Source: a virus
Lineage: Duplodnaviria > Caudoviricetes
Reading direction: 5' to 3' (one strand)
IMG/VR virus record: IMGVR_UViG_3300032225_002083
Coordinates: 1 to 41,772 of that record
Length of the DNA stretch: 41,772 bases
Part shown: positions 18,966 through 30,000 of the stretch, piece by piece
Numbering within the stretch: position 1 is the first letter of the stretch
How the letters are laid out: each line of letters begins with the position of its first letter
Made by a program: the position numbers and the translations under genes
Notes under the pieces: generated by a model
What the model saw: the letters and a program-made list of their open reading frames with translations, nothing else
Told to the model about the DNA's origin: nothing
The model's database searches: none

Positions 18966-19427
18966 TTATTGACCAAGTGAGTTCATAAAGTCAGCCATAT
19001 TCATAACTTTAACCTCAGTCTCTGGATTTGTTTCTTCTTCAAATTCACAAGTACAGTCGTCACAACATTGGCAATCAGATTGTCCAGTACAATCATCACA
19101 ACATCCACATCCAACTTCTTCCTCACTATACATATTTCTCATATTATTGTCATGTAAAGTGTGTGTAGATTCAGGACCACCCAAAAGTGTTTGTTCTTCA
19201 GAGTCTTCTGTTTTTTTAACTTCAATCTCAATTGTAAAGTTTTCAAACTTTTTAACTTTTATTAGTTTATCAAATTCTTTTTTAACCTTTTCTTGGTCTT
19301 CTTCTACATCTGTTTTAAATGATGGTTTCTCATCTTTATCTACTAAAACTTCAGCATTAAAAAGAACTTCTTGGTCTTCAACCTTTTTGTCCTTTTTTGT
19401 TTCATTGAATTTTTTAATGTGTTTCAT
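18966..19427 (-). CDS. Acidic protein with a metallothionein-like Cys cluster and capsid-targeting-like N-terminus
   Basis: Starts MKHIKKFNE, has internal KVKKFENF and CGCCDDCTGQSDCQCCDDCTCE. Confidence 0.7.
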   Translation of the reverse strand: MKHIKKFNETKKDKKVEDQEVLFNAEVLVDKDEKPSFKTDVEEDQEKVKKEFDKLIKVKKFENFTIEIEVKKTEDSEEQTLLGGPESTHTLHDNNMRNMYSEEEVGCGCCDDCTGQSDCQCCDDCTCEFEEETNPETEVKVMNMADFMNSLGQ

Positions 19428-19452
19428 AATTTATTAGTTATTTTGATACTTG

Positions 19453-19496
19453 TATATATTAAATTCAACTACTAAGAAAAGATAAATTAATATATA
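19453..19496. promoter_or_regulatory. Divergent pair of putative late-promoter motifs
   Basis: TTTAATATATA on - (19453-19463) and ATTAATATATA on + (19486-19496), each just upstream of a start codon. Confidence 0.55.
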
Positions 19497-19517
19497 TGTA
19501 AAAGTTTATAATCATAG

Positions 19518-22500
19518 ATGTCAAATCACAAGAACTTACTATTTTTCAATAAAGAAGGAGATAATTTAAATTTTAACTATAGTGACGCAAATGATAGATT
19601 TGAAGGAACTATTCTTTTCCACGAAAACTCAAACGATACATTTAAGACTGCTGGTCTATATACATTAGAAAGAATTCCTTCTTTTGAATTTGAATATCCA
19701 GGTGAGATGACATTGAATAAATTTCAATTATTCAATGAATTTGGATTTGATTTTTATGCAGGTAACTATACTACACAATCTATTACTAAAATAGAACCGA
19801 TTAATAATGATCCTGGTTTTTATTCAAAATGGATATATGGTACTCTTTTAGACAAGTCTTTTCCAGTTGGAACGATTATTAGATTTGACTCACCACTATT
19901 AGAATTCACCAACCTTTCACAAACATATACAGTTGTAGGTACAAAAAAAGGCGCCATTATGATTATATCATCTGTTGATAATTCAACATTTGAAACTAAC
20001 TTTTATAATCAATACATATATGATACTAATTATGTAGGCAAATCTATATCAGGTGTAAATGCTATTGGTGTTTATAATTATATAAACGGATTATATCAAA
20101 ACAACTTATCAACTTGGAATGAGCCAAATTTCTATGATAAATTATATAAGAAAAAGAAATTAAATGTTATTAACAGCAAAAATAATAATAGCTCATTTAC
20201 TGTTAAAGAAGAAGAAATAACTGATACTAAATTTTTTGAATATTATACTTCAACATCTGATTTATCTACAAACATTGATCTAATAATAGAAGTATCAACT
20301 AAGACAGATTTGCCAAAAATATATGATGGCTCATTAACATTACAATATTCACCTGCGACATTTTCAAAACCTGAGTTAAATAGAATATCATTTGGTAGTT
20401 TAGCACCAGGTGTTTTAAAGCCGGGGACTGAGTTTAAGATAATTGGATCAAACAATAATCAAAACTTTTTTACAGTTGCTACTATTCCAACATTTAATGG
20501 AAACTCTCAGCAAACTTTTTATGCTACACAATCTCAAGTTTTATATAATAATAAAATTTATGAATGTATTCAAGCTTATACGCAAAGTTTTGCAAATTCG
20601 TCTACACAATTTATAACACCTAAAAATAGTACAACATATTGGACAGATATAATTTCACACATATTAGTTGATCAACATATAACATCTGAGTCTTTATCAA
20701 GTGCTCAATTGTATTTAACAACAGATAAATTATATTTTCAACAAGGTTGGACTCAGAGCAATGAAGTGACATTAGCTTCGGCGGCTCAAAAATATGAAAG
20801 TGATATAAAATCATTTAATGTTGAACTATACTATGAGAATAGTAAACTTAAAGCAGACTTAATGTATCCATCTAAGTATGTTGAAGTTAATTTTTATCAA
20901 GGTTCAATTGGAACAACATACTCAGTTAGTCATGTAAAAGAAACATATGAGAGACTTATACAAGTAGAAGAATCAGTAACAAAAGAATTAAATTATAATT
21001 TTTCATCTAACTTTTCACTGAATATTGTATTTACGGATTTAGATGAGTATGGTTTTAAAGTTAAATTAAATAAACAAGTATTTGAAGAAGAAATAGCTTG
21101 GATATATAGTGGTGCTTCACCAGATATGCAAAGAACTATTGATAGAACTTTAAGAGCTTGGTTAACAAGAAACTATGTAAGTCTTCAAAAGTTAGGTATT
21201 GTAGCAGAGTTACAATATGTTGGATCTTTTACTTCACCTTTTTATAACTCAATTAAATTAAGAACTGACTATCCAAACGTAGAGTTTAATTTAAATGAAG
21301 TTTTAGTTGGAACAACAGCCAACTATTATATTGAACACTCAAGAATTTTATTTAATGATATGGGTAGTTATCTATCATTTACAATAAACGGAGATACATA
21401 TGACCAAACAACAATTTATTTACCATCATCACAATATCCCGATATACCAGCCACTTTATCGGCTTGGGTAAACGAACATAGAGATTACTTAAACAACTAC
21501 GGAATTTTAGTATCAAGTATTAATAACTTATTAAAATTTGATGTAAAAAGAACTGATAGAAGATTAGATTATACAATAAGTACAGGTAAAAGTAATCTAC
21601 CAGGTATAAGTGATTATATTATAACTAAGAAAATTAAAGGAAATTTAGGTGTCTTAATAGCATCTAATGAAGTAAATTTATCATCAACCGCAACCGGTAC
21701 TTACTCATTTGAAGATGCTGGTTTTGCGACGGGTATGGCGTTCTCAGTAAATAACACTTTTCATACTTGGAACAATCAAGAGTATAATATAACTCATCTT
21801 GATCCAGGTGTTATGAATTTAAGTTATCAAGGTCCTTTCTGGGCTACAAATAATGAACTTTGTAACTCATCACCATTTATCACTTTAGCATTTGAGGTTG
21901 GATTTGGTCAAACGGGTTGTGGACCAATAGTTGGACCAACAGGAGGTAGTGCTTCTGGTGGACCATTTAATGTTAGTCAATTTAGTTCTGCATTTAGTTT
22001 AACCTATAATTTAAATAGCTATAATGTAAATACTTACACATTATCATCATTGAGTTCTAATAATTTAGTTGATATAATATATGTTCAGTTATCAAATTCA
22101 ATTTACGCATTTGGTGACGGTTTAACTGTATTAGACTCATACTTAGGTAATGAGATGGCAAGTATTACACTACCAGGAAATACTCAAAGTATAGCTATGA
22201 GATTTAACGGGATAAATAATTATTTATATTGTTTATCAAAAAATAAAGTGTATGTAGTTGATCCTTTATTAAATACTATTGTTACTGGGTGGCCTCTAAG
22301 TAACAATGCCAAAGATATCCAAATAAACACCGCAAATGGTGATATTTATATCTCATATAGTAATGTAGCCAGAGTTGAAATATACAATTCAAATAATAGT
22401 TTATCACAAACTCTAACAACATCATCTACTAGTTTCCCAGTAGATGCTACATCAACAGGAACTATGGTGTTTAATGAATTTGAAAGTAAAATGTATATTA

Positions 22501-25349
22501 TAACTAACTCAAACACGAGTTCTATTTTAAGGGTTTTAGGTTCAACAAGATCGATACAGTCAACATTTGGTATACCAGGCGCCACAGGTTCTATTTTCTA
22601 TGAGCCAGTTAATGAGGCTGTTTATGTATATGGTTCAGCATCTTTATGGAAAATAGATAACAGTATTAGTGTTGCTATTCCAAATGTATTAACATCTGGA
22701 TTTGAAGATATTATTTATAATAATCTATCAGGTGATGTGAATATATCTGACTCATCTACATCATTCAAATCTTTAGATTTAACAAACAATAACGTAGTAG
22801 CTGATGTCTCGGTTGGTAACTACGGTTATTTAGCATTAAATCAATTTGATGGCGCTGTTTATTTATCATCAAGATCTTCTAATGTAATACAAGTTATTAA
22901 TCCAGTAAACGGTAATGTTGTTCATACAGAATCTTTATCAGCTGGTTCAGACAGAATCATATATAATCCAGATAGAAAATCTATTTGGGTTATACAACCA
23001 TCTATAAACTCTGTATTAGAGGTTGAAGTAACACTAAATAGTGTAATTACACCAGAAGTTATAAACTCTCAAATAGCCGAGGATAATTTATATGGAACTT
23101 TGCACCCAGACTATGTACCACATATTGACTTATGGTTAAAAACTAAAGAATATTTAAGAAAACCAAGAGAAAATTTCAAAAATGATGTACCGGTAAGTTA
23201 TTACTTTAGATGGTATTCAGATGATGTACCTGAGTTTTTCATATATGATTTTTCAGGAACTCAATTACCAACAACAGGTAGTTATTCATATACTGGATCA
23301 AAACCATTACCTACTGTAGTATTAAACAATAAGCCAAATAAAGACTTAACTAAGTTAGATGCACCAGAATATCAACAAACTATTTTTGGAACAGTATCTT
23401 ATACATTAAGTTATATTGATGATGACACAGATATTTCAACTAAACCAGAGCCTTTAGAACTATTCTTAGGATTTAGATCAGATGAAGAAGGTGCTTTAAG
23501 ATCTATTTTACAACTTTATAAAAAAGAAGATATATCTTTAACATTTGAATCAACATCAACAAATTATTCAGTAGCTTCATTTGAAACTCTTGATGTATAT
23601 GGACCCGATAAAAGAGGTCTTATAAAGTTGAATACTAATTCTCCATATGATTTTACATCAAATGGTCTAAAAGAAGGCCAAATTATTGCTATTTATATAA
23701 AAGATACAACAAATAAGAAAAAACAATACATTTCTTCAAACAACGGAACAATTGTTAAAATAAGAAATGTTTTCTATAAGAGTATTATTGTAGATTTTTT
23801 AGGAAATGATGATTATCTATTTCAAGAAAGTACAGTTATAACAGATTATCCAACAACTGGAGATACAACTTATTGTAGATTTGATATTAAAGTAATTGAT
23901 AGAGAGATTGGTAGATTCATGACATATGGTCAAACCGAAATTGAAGATATCAGATTTAAAACCGAATTAGGAAATGTTGGTAAATTAATAGCACCTAATG
24001 AAGTTTTCATATTCAAAGAATATGATGTATTAGAAGGTGGTATTGATTGGACTTATCTTAACAAAAAGAGAAAAGAGATGTTGATGATGAAACACTTGAT
24101 ATATCCTTATATCGGTGCTTATAAATCAATTATTAATGCTATTAACTTCTTTGGTTATAATGATTTACAATTAAATGAATATTATAAAAATATAAATCCA
24201 CAATCTGAGAAATTTTTAAAACTATTCAAACAAGAAATTCCTGATATATTTGACAACACAGTTGAAGGCTGGACTGAAAGTGATTTTATTACTAACAATT
24301 TTCCTAATAATGACTATGATGCTACAAATATGTTTAATTTAACATATAATATTACTGACAAAGATGGTAATATTGTTTTAAATTATTCAATAGATGAGAT
24401 AATTATTAAATTACAAGGTCTTAAATACTGGTTGAAGAGAAATATTATTCCTTTAACTCATAAGATTCTTGATATTACAGGTAAGGCATATTTTAATGAT
24501 CAGACTCAAATACAACACACATCATATGATGTTCAGATATTTAATATTAAACAAAATATGACACCTATTTCATTTAAATTAAATGAAGCTTATCTAATGC
24601 CTATTAATAGCGGGTCAACTGTTTATAACTGTGTGATTGACTTTTATACAATATTAGATAAAATAGGTGCTGATAAGAATCCAACTGGTTTAACACCACC
24701 GCCTAAACCATTCAACGGTGTTAATATAGATTTACCTGATTATTTTGATATAACAGTAAGAACTTATAAAACATATAAAGAATGGTATCCATTTACTACT
24801 TATAATAAAGGTGATAAAATAAGTTACTATGGTAAAATATATGAGTCTCAAATTGATAGTAATAAAATTCATAATCCAAGAAAATATGAAAATATAGCTT
24901 CTTGGAAAGGCGGTGCTTCATATAGCGTTACAAGTACGGTTGAATATCTTAGAGATGTTTTTGTTTATAGTGGTTTAGGAACAGCCTCAACAGCTACAAG
25001 TTCAACACCACCAAATGTTGATGTTCAAAACTGGTTAAAAATAACTGAATGGAAAGAAATTAACTACGAACCAGTTCAAACTTTTAAAGAATTTAGACAA
25101 GTTCCTAAGATGACAACTCAATCAATAACATCTATGTTACCACCACCAAATCCTATATTACCTTTTAATTTTACAATTGATTCTAATATAGATCCATTCA
25201 TTGTTATTGAAGTAACAACTGATAATGGTTATGGTTTAATCTATAGAGATAAAAAGAACTATGAGATAAGAGGTCTTAAAGACTTGAGAGAACCCACATC
25301 ATATATTGATTTGATAGGTCCATTTCAACCAATTACTCCAGTTTATTAA
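19518..25349 (+). CDS. Very large virion structural protein, probable baseplate wedge component with beta-propeller and CBM5/12-like modules
   Basis: 1943 aa, beta-rich and rich in S/T/N/Y. YVTN-like repeats (YVVDP..N..V, IQVINP..GNVV, IYNPDRKSIWV). YIGAYKSIINAINFFGY resembles the baseplate wedge GTxxxI motif. W...TY..GD.I.Y.GKIY modules near the C-terminus. Confidence 0.6.
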   Translation: MSNHKNLLFFNKEGDNLNFNYSDANDRFEGTILFHENSNDTFKTAGLYTLERIPSFEFEYPGEMTLNKFQLFNEFGFDFYAGNYTTQSITKIEPINNDPGFYSKWIYGTLLDKSFPVGTIIRFDSPLLEFTNLSQTYTVVGTKKGAIMIISSVDNSTFETNFYNQYIYDTNYVGKSISGVNAIGVYNYINGLYQNNLSTWNEPNFYDKLYKKKKLNVINSKNNNSSFTVKEEEITDTKFFEYYTSTSDLSTNIDLIIEVSTKTDLPKIYDGSLTLQYSPATFSKPELNRISFGSLAPGVLKPGTEFKIIGSNNNQNFFTVATIPTFNGNSQQTFYATQSQVLYNNKIYECIQAYTQSFANSSTQFITPKNSTTYWTDIISHILVDQHITSESLSSAQLYLTTDKLYFQQGWTQSNEVTLASAAQKYESDIKSFNVELYYENSKLKADLMYPSKYVEVNFYQGSIGTTYSVSHVKETYERLIQVEESVTKELNYNFSSNFSLNIVFTDLDEYGFKVKLNKQVFEEEIAWIYSGASPDMQRTIDRTLRAWLTRNYVSLQKLGIVAELQYVGSFTSPFYNSIKLRTDYPNVEFNLNEVLVGTTANYYIEHSRILFNDMGSYLSFTINGDTYDQTTIYLPSSQYPDIPATLSAWVNEHRDYLNNYGILVSSINNLLKFDVKRTDRRLDYTISTGKSNLPGISDYIITKKIKGNLGVLIASNEVNLSSTATGTYSFEDAGFATGMAFSVNNTFHTWNNQEYNITHLDPGVMNLSYQGPFWATNNELCNSSPFITLAFEVGFGQTGCGPIVGPTGGSASGGPFNVSQFSSAFSLTYNLNSYNVNTYTLSSLSSNNLVDIIYVQLSNSIYAFGDGLTVLDSYLGNEMASITLPGNTQSIAMRFNGINNYLYCLSKNKVYVVDPLLNTIVTGWPLSNNAKDIQINTANGDIYISYSNVARVEIYNSNNSLSQTLTTSSTSFPVDATSTGTMVFNEFESKMYIITNSNTSSILRVLGSTRSIQSTFGIPGATGSIFYEPVNEAVYVYGSASLWKIDNSISVAIPNVLTSGFEDIIYNNLSGDVNISDSSTSFKSLDLTNNNVVADVSVGNYGYLALNQFDGAVYLSSRSSNVIQVINPVNGNVVHTESLSAGSDRIIYNPDRKSIWVIQPSINSVLEVEVTLNSVITPEVINSQIAEDNLYGTLHPDYVPHIDLWLKTKEYLRKPRENFKNDVPVSYYFRWYSDDVPEFFIYDFSGTQLPTTGSYSYTGSKPLPTVVLNNKPNKDLTKLDAPEYQQTIFGTVSYTLSYIDDDTDISTKPEPLELFLGFRSDEEGALRSILQLYKKEDISLTFESTSTNYSVASFETLDVYGPDKRGLIKLNTNSPYDFTSNGLKEGQIIAIYIKDTTNKKKQYISSNNGTIVKIRNVFYKSIIVDFLGNDDYLFQESTVITDYPTTGDTTYCRFDIKVIDREIGRFMTYGQTEIEDIRFKTELGNVGKLIAPNEVFIFKEYDVLEGGIDWTYLNKKRKEMLMMKHLIYPYIGAYKSIINAINFFGYNDLQLNEYYKNINPQSEKFLKLFKQEIPDIFDNTVEGWTESDFITNNFPNNDYDATNMFNLTYNITDKDGNIVLNYSIDEIIIKLQGLKYWLKRNIIPLTHKILDITGKAYFNDQTQIQHTSYDVQIFNIKQNMTPISFKLNEAYLMPINSGSTVYNCVIDFYTILDKIGADKNPTGLTPPPKPFNGVNIDLPDYFDITVRTYKTYKEWYPFTTYNKGDKISYYGKIYESQIDSNKIHNPRKYENIASWKGGASYSVTSTVEYLRDVFVYSGLGTASTATSSTPPNVDVQNWLKITEWKEINYEPVQTFKEFRQVPKMTTQSITSMLPPPNPILPFNFTIDSNIDPFIVIEVTTDNGYGLIYRDKKNYEIRGLKDLREPTSYIDLIGPFQPITPVY

Positions 25350-25352
25350 AAT

Positions 25353-25384
25353 AAAAAAACCTCTGTGAAAACAGAGGTTTTTTT
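25353..25384. terminator. Bidirectional intrinsic terminator
   Basis: AAAAAAACCTCTGT-GAAA-ACAGAGGTTTTTTT. Confidence 0.88.
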
Positions 25385-25399
25385 ATATTTAAGTGTTAT

Positions 25400-26059
25400 T
25401 TATTCAGTAACAGCTTTTTCTTTTTTAGACTTTTTAGATGTAGATTCCATTTCAACACCATCTTCAAAAGTAAGAACCCAGTTTTGGATATCACCTGAAA
25501 GATTTTTATGTGCAGCATCATAATAGTTAATCATTTTGCTAATTCTACCAATTCTATAAAGAATTTGAGAAAATAAGTAAGCATCTTTTGAAAGACCTTT
25601 TACTTTATGTTTAGAAATTAAATGATAGATATAAGTAATTTCAGTTGCATTTACAGAAAATGAAACTAACCCGTTATCATCTGTATATTTAGCACCTTTC
25701 ATATTACCCATCATATCTGTTAACTCAATAGCAAAGAATACAGTATTAACATCATATTCCATTTTAGTTAGAATTAAATCAGTTAAAAATTTATGTTGAG
25801 GTCTATTTAAATGGAAAGTATATTGAGCATTTTTAAGTGATGATGAATAACTATGCCATAAATTTTGAGCACTTTTATACAACTCATCTTTTTCTTGTTC
25901 AGACTTGCCTTTACCTGAATTATTTTTCATATAATCCTCAATATCTTTAATTTTAGAATCTAAAATAGATTCTTCTTGAGGCGTAATAATTAAATTATCT
26001 ACTTCATTTTCAAAAAATGATACAGCAGGTTTAACTACTCTTGTTTCAATTTGTTCCAT
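25400..26059 (-). CDS. Hypothetical protein
   Basis: 219-aa ORF, helical, no motif recognised. Confidence 0.7.
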   Translation of the reverse strand: MEQIETRVVKPAVSFFENEVDNLIITPQEESILDSKIKDIEDYMKNNSGKGKSEQEKDELYKSAQNLWHSYSSSLKNAQYTFHLNRPQHKFLTDLILTKMEYDVNTVFFAIELTDMMGNMKGAKYTDDNGLVSFSVNATEITYIYHLISKHKVKGLSKDAYLFSQILYRIGRISKMINYYDAAHKNLSGDIQNWVLTFEDGVEMESTSKKSKKEKAVTE

Positions 26060-26085
26060 ATTATTAATTTTTTATTTTTATTTTA

Positions 26086-26517
26086 TTAAGCTATAAATTC
26101 TTCGTCAGCTTTACCGTCTTTCTTTTGTTCGTTGTAAAGTTCTTCAACTTTATTAGCACGAGCTACTTTTTCAACACCATATTTATTTACAATAGCCGAG
26201 AAAGTGTTTAAGTCCGTTTTAATTAATTTGATTTTTCCAGTTTCAATGTTCATTGTTACTTTATCAATTTCTTGCTCAATTAAGATTTCAATTGATTCGT
26301 CATCAAAAACACTCATCAAGTCATCATTAATAGAAATTAAAATTTCTTTTTTAAGAAGAAATGCGTATTGGTCAGCAATCTTTGAAATCTTGATTAGTTC
26401 TTTTTGTTTTTCACATCCAATAAACTGAAAACCGATAGCTACTGGGAAAGTTTTTTTGTTAAAGACTTCATAAAATCTTGCGATTGCGTCTTCTGATACC
26501 TCATAAAATTTATCCAT
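26086..26517 (-). CDS. Hypothetical protein, possibly a degenerate phage metallopeptidase-like fold
   Basis: 143 aa. The ILISIN..L...FDDE..EILIEQEI layout resembles that family but HExxH is absent. Confidence 0.55.
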   Translation of the reverse strand: MDKFYEVSEDAIARFYEVFNKKTFPVAIGFQFIGCEKQKELIKISKIADQYAFLLKKEILISINDDLMSVFDDESIEILIEQEIDKVTMNIETGKIKLIKTDLNTFSAIVNKYGVEKVARANKVEELYNEQKKDGKADEEFIA

Positions 26518-26571
26518 GTTATTTTAGAATTTATATTTTTATTTATAAGTTCTGTAGTGGTGAAAGTTTAG

Positions 26572-27018
26572 TTAAAGAAGGAAAATTAATAATAAAATTA
26601 AAGATATAATAGAAGCTATAGGTATAACTCTATAATACAATCTATCATAATAAATATTACTTCTAAAAGGATTATTAGATAATGAAAAACCAATAACAAT
26701 TAAGTATGAGTATTTATCTACTTTTTTAATTTCATAGAAATCATACATTTCTTGAAGTCCTTTTGCATCTAAATATTTAGAAATACTTGAAGAATATTCC
26801 CTAACAGATTTCTCAGCAATTAAATCAATATCTGTCTTTCTTAAATTGTAAGGTTCGCCTATTTCCTCTGCAGGTATATTAATAACATTATAAATTCTAT
26901 AAGCATTATCAACTCTCGCACCAAATACTTCTTGTAATTCGGTTTTATTTAGTCTAAGAACTTTCTTAAAATCTCTAAAGATTTTTAGTTTTTTTAGAAG
27001 TGAAATTTTATTTGCCAT
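26572..27018 (-). CDS. Membrane-anchored hypothetical protein
   Basis: C-terminal hydrophobic helix VIPIASIISLILLLIFLL. Confidence 0.7.
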   Translation of the reverse strand: MANKISLLKKLKIFRDFKKVLRLNKTELQEVFGARVDNAYRIYNVINIPAEEIGEPYNLRKTDIDLIAEKSVREYSSSISKYLDAKGLQEMYDFYEIKKVDKYSYLIVIGFSLSNNPFRSNIYYDRLYYRVIPIASIISLILLLIFLL

Positions 27019-27047
27019 ATAAATTATATAATAATTATTTAAAATGT

Positions 27048-30000
27048 TTAATCATCACCTTTAGCACCTATATCTTCATTTTTCTTATCACCAGGTTTCT
27101 GAAGATGTTCATCAATACTTTTTGTATAACCAGTCATCTCCACCATTACTTTATAGATTTTATCAAGTTTTTGCAACTGAGTTTCACCTTTAGCATCTTT
27201 AAGCTGTTCATCTTTCTTAGACTGACTACCAACAGGACCACCACCTGGACCACCAACATTAACTCCAGGTCTTTTACCAAGCTCAGCACCTTGAACTTTT
27301 AGTAAATTAGCAAAAACGCCACTTCTGGATTCAATAACTCTCAACATGTTACTAAACATAGTTGAATCCATAGCTGATAATAAAGCTAAATTACCTGTCA
27401 ATCTTGTAAATGAATTAACTTTTACAGCATCCATACCATTTAAGGCTGTACTGAAGTTTCTAATAGCTCTAGCCAATCTATCATAAGCACCAGCAATCTT
27501 CACCATACCATTTGCGATATTTTCAACTGGATCCATACCTAATAAAGATTTAATAGAAGATGTTTTATATTTACTAAGTTTATCAACTAAGGTCATATAA
27601 TCAATAATATTACTACTAAGTTTTTTAACAAAATTTGGATCTATTGTAGTTTTAAAGAATCTTTCACCTCTTGCTAAAATTATAGCAGATCTAACAATAC
27701 CAGTAGATATTGAAGTAATACCATATAACATATTATCAATAACATCTTCACCCGAAGTAAACCAACCAGTATCCTTACTTAAAGCATTAAAGATAGGACT
27801 AAAAGCACCTAAGGCACCACCAACACCATCTGCCCATTCTTTAGATGGTACTCTACTAACATCAAAAACACCAGTATTATCAGGTGAGTTAAAGAAGGTA
27901 GCAGCATCAACTATACCTCTAGATATAGTCATAATGGCTTTTGCCATATCTTCAACTGAAACACCACTTGAAAACCAACCTGAGTTATCAGCTAAAACTT
28001 GATAAACAGGAGCAAAAGCACCAATAGCTTTACCAACACCTTCTGCCCATTCTTTTTTAGGACCACCAATGAAAGCCGCTTTTGCTTCTGGTCCGTTAAA
28101 GAAATTAGCCGCGTCAACTATACCCATAGAGATAGTTTTAATAGCTTTTGCAAAGTCATCAGGACCAACACCACCTCCACCAAATAAGCTAAGTATATTA
28201 TTAGCCATTAACATTCCATATATTGGTGAGAAAGCACCTAAAGCCAATGATATACCTTCAGCCCAATCTTTAGTAGGACCACCGGTATAACTACCTTTTT
28301 TCAAAACAAATGAAGTATCAACTATTGTTTGTGCGACCATTAATACAGCTTCACCACCAGCCGCAAGTGCAATAGCACCTAAACCGAAACTACCAACAAT
28401 CATACCACCAAGTAAAACCATACCTGCGGTGAATGTTGTTAAAGCCAAAGCCGTAGACATTGCCCACCAAACAGGAGGACCACCTGTATATTTACCACTA
28501 GCTAATATATGAGAAGCGGCACTAATTGTAGCTGAAATACCCAATACTGCAACAGCACCTGCTAATAATGCGAGAGCTCCAACACCTGACATAGATATTA
28601 AACCTAAAGCAAGAACAGCTGGTATGAAAGCTATCATTGATAAGCCTACACCCAGTACCCATGATGCTTTAGGATAGTTTTTATAACTACCAATTGATAA
28701 TAATAAAGATGCTGCCATTATGGCAGTAGCCATAATAACTATACCAAGACCACCTGTAAGTAAATTTTTAATACCAACTTTGCCTAAAATCACCATTGCT
28801 GGTGTAAAAGCGGTAGTAACAAGAGCTAAAATAAGACCTAAAGCCAATATTTTAAGTAAAGTCACAAACTTAATATCAGCTGTTTTTTCTAAAATATGAG
28901 AAGATAACATAATAGCCAATGATATAGCAACCATCACGAGAGGTATTAAAAATACCTTACCTTTACCCAATATCTTTTCAATTAAAACTATTCCAATAGC
29001 CAACTTATCCATAAAATAAGACATAACAGCAAATAAAATCACTATACCTAAAGCTGTTAAGAACTGCCATATACCAATAGGCATAACAAAACTTAATATC
29101 CAAGAAGAAGCAGTTATTGCTCCTGCAATACCAACAAGAACTAAAAGAAGATCTGTTGCTTTAACACCGGTTTTCTTAAATGCAACTACACCAATTGCTA
29201 TTTTCTCTAAATTGAATGATATCGCTAAGAACATCAATGATATCATAATACCAGTAACAGCCTGCCAGAATCCCATCGGTTTTATATAACTTAATATCCA
29301 AGAAGAAGCAGTTATTGCGGCAGCTATACCAACAAGAACTAAAAGAAGATCTGTTGTTTTAATATTTGCCAACTTAAAGGCGGCAACACCCATTGCAATT
29401 TTATGAAAGCTAAAACCAATAACAGCAAACATACCAGCAATTAAGATAGCAGTAACTGATTGACCAAGTGACATAGGTCTTATAAATGATAATATCCAAG
29501 ATGAGAAGGTTATTGCAGTGGCTATAGCAACCAATGAAGTAACAAGTTTGACCGGACTAACTCTCAATTTATCAAATGCGGCAACACCAATGAAAATATT
29601 TTCCATATGGTTGGCTATAACATAGAACATACCAGCTATTAATATACCAGTGACTGTTTGCATAAAACCAATTGGTTTAATCATACTAAGCACCCAAGAT
29701 GATGCGGTAACAGCAAGCGCCATAAGAACCATAGCAGCAGAAGCCAATGCGGCTTGTTTCAATGATAAATTTAGTTTGGCTACTTTTTCAAAAGCAACAG
29801 ATATAAGCATAATAGCCAAACCAAGACTTATAACAGATAAAAAGTCTATTTTACCAACTAATTTAAACGCTAAACCAATGGCTAAGACAGCTACAGCTAT
29901 TAACAATATTGTACCTAAACCTTTCTTTAAATTACTTTCTTGTTTCTTATCACCACCAATTTCTTCCATTGGAGTTTTTTTCTTATCTGCCGAACTTTTC

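Noticed and set aside
26572-27018. Holin or spanin
   Set aside because: Only a single C-terminal hydrophobic helix, no lipobox and no adjacent endolysin; support is insufficient.
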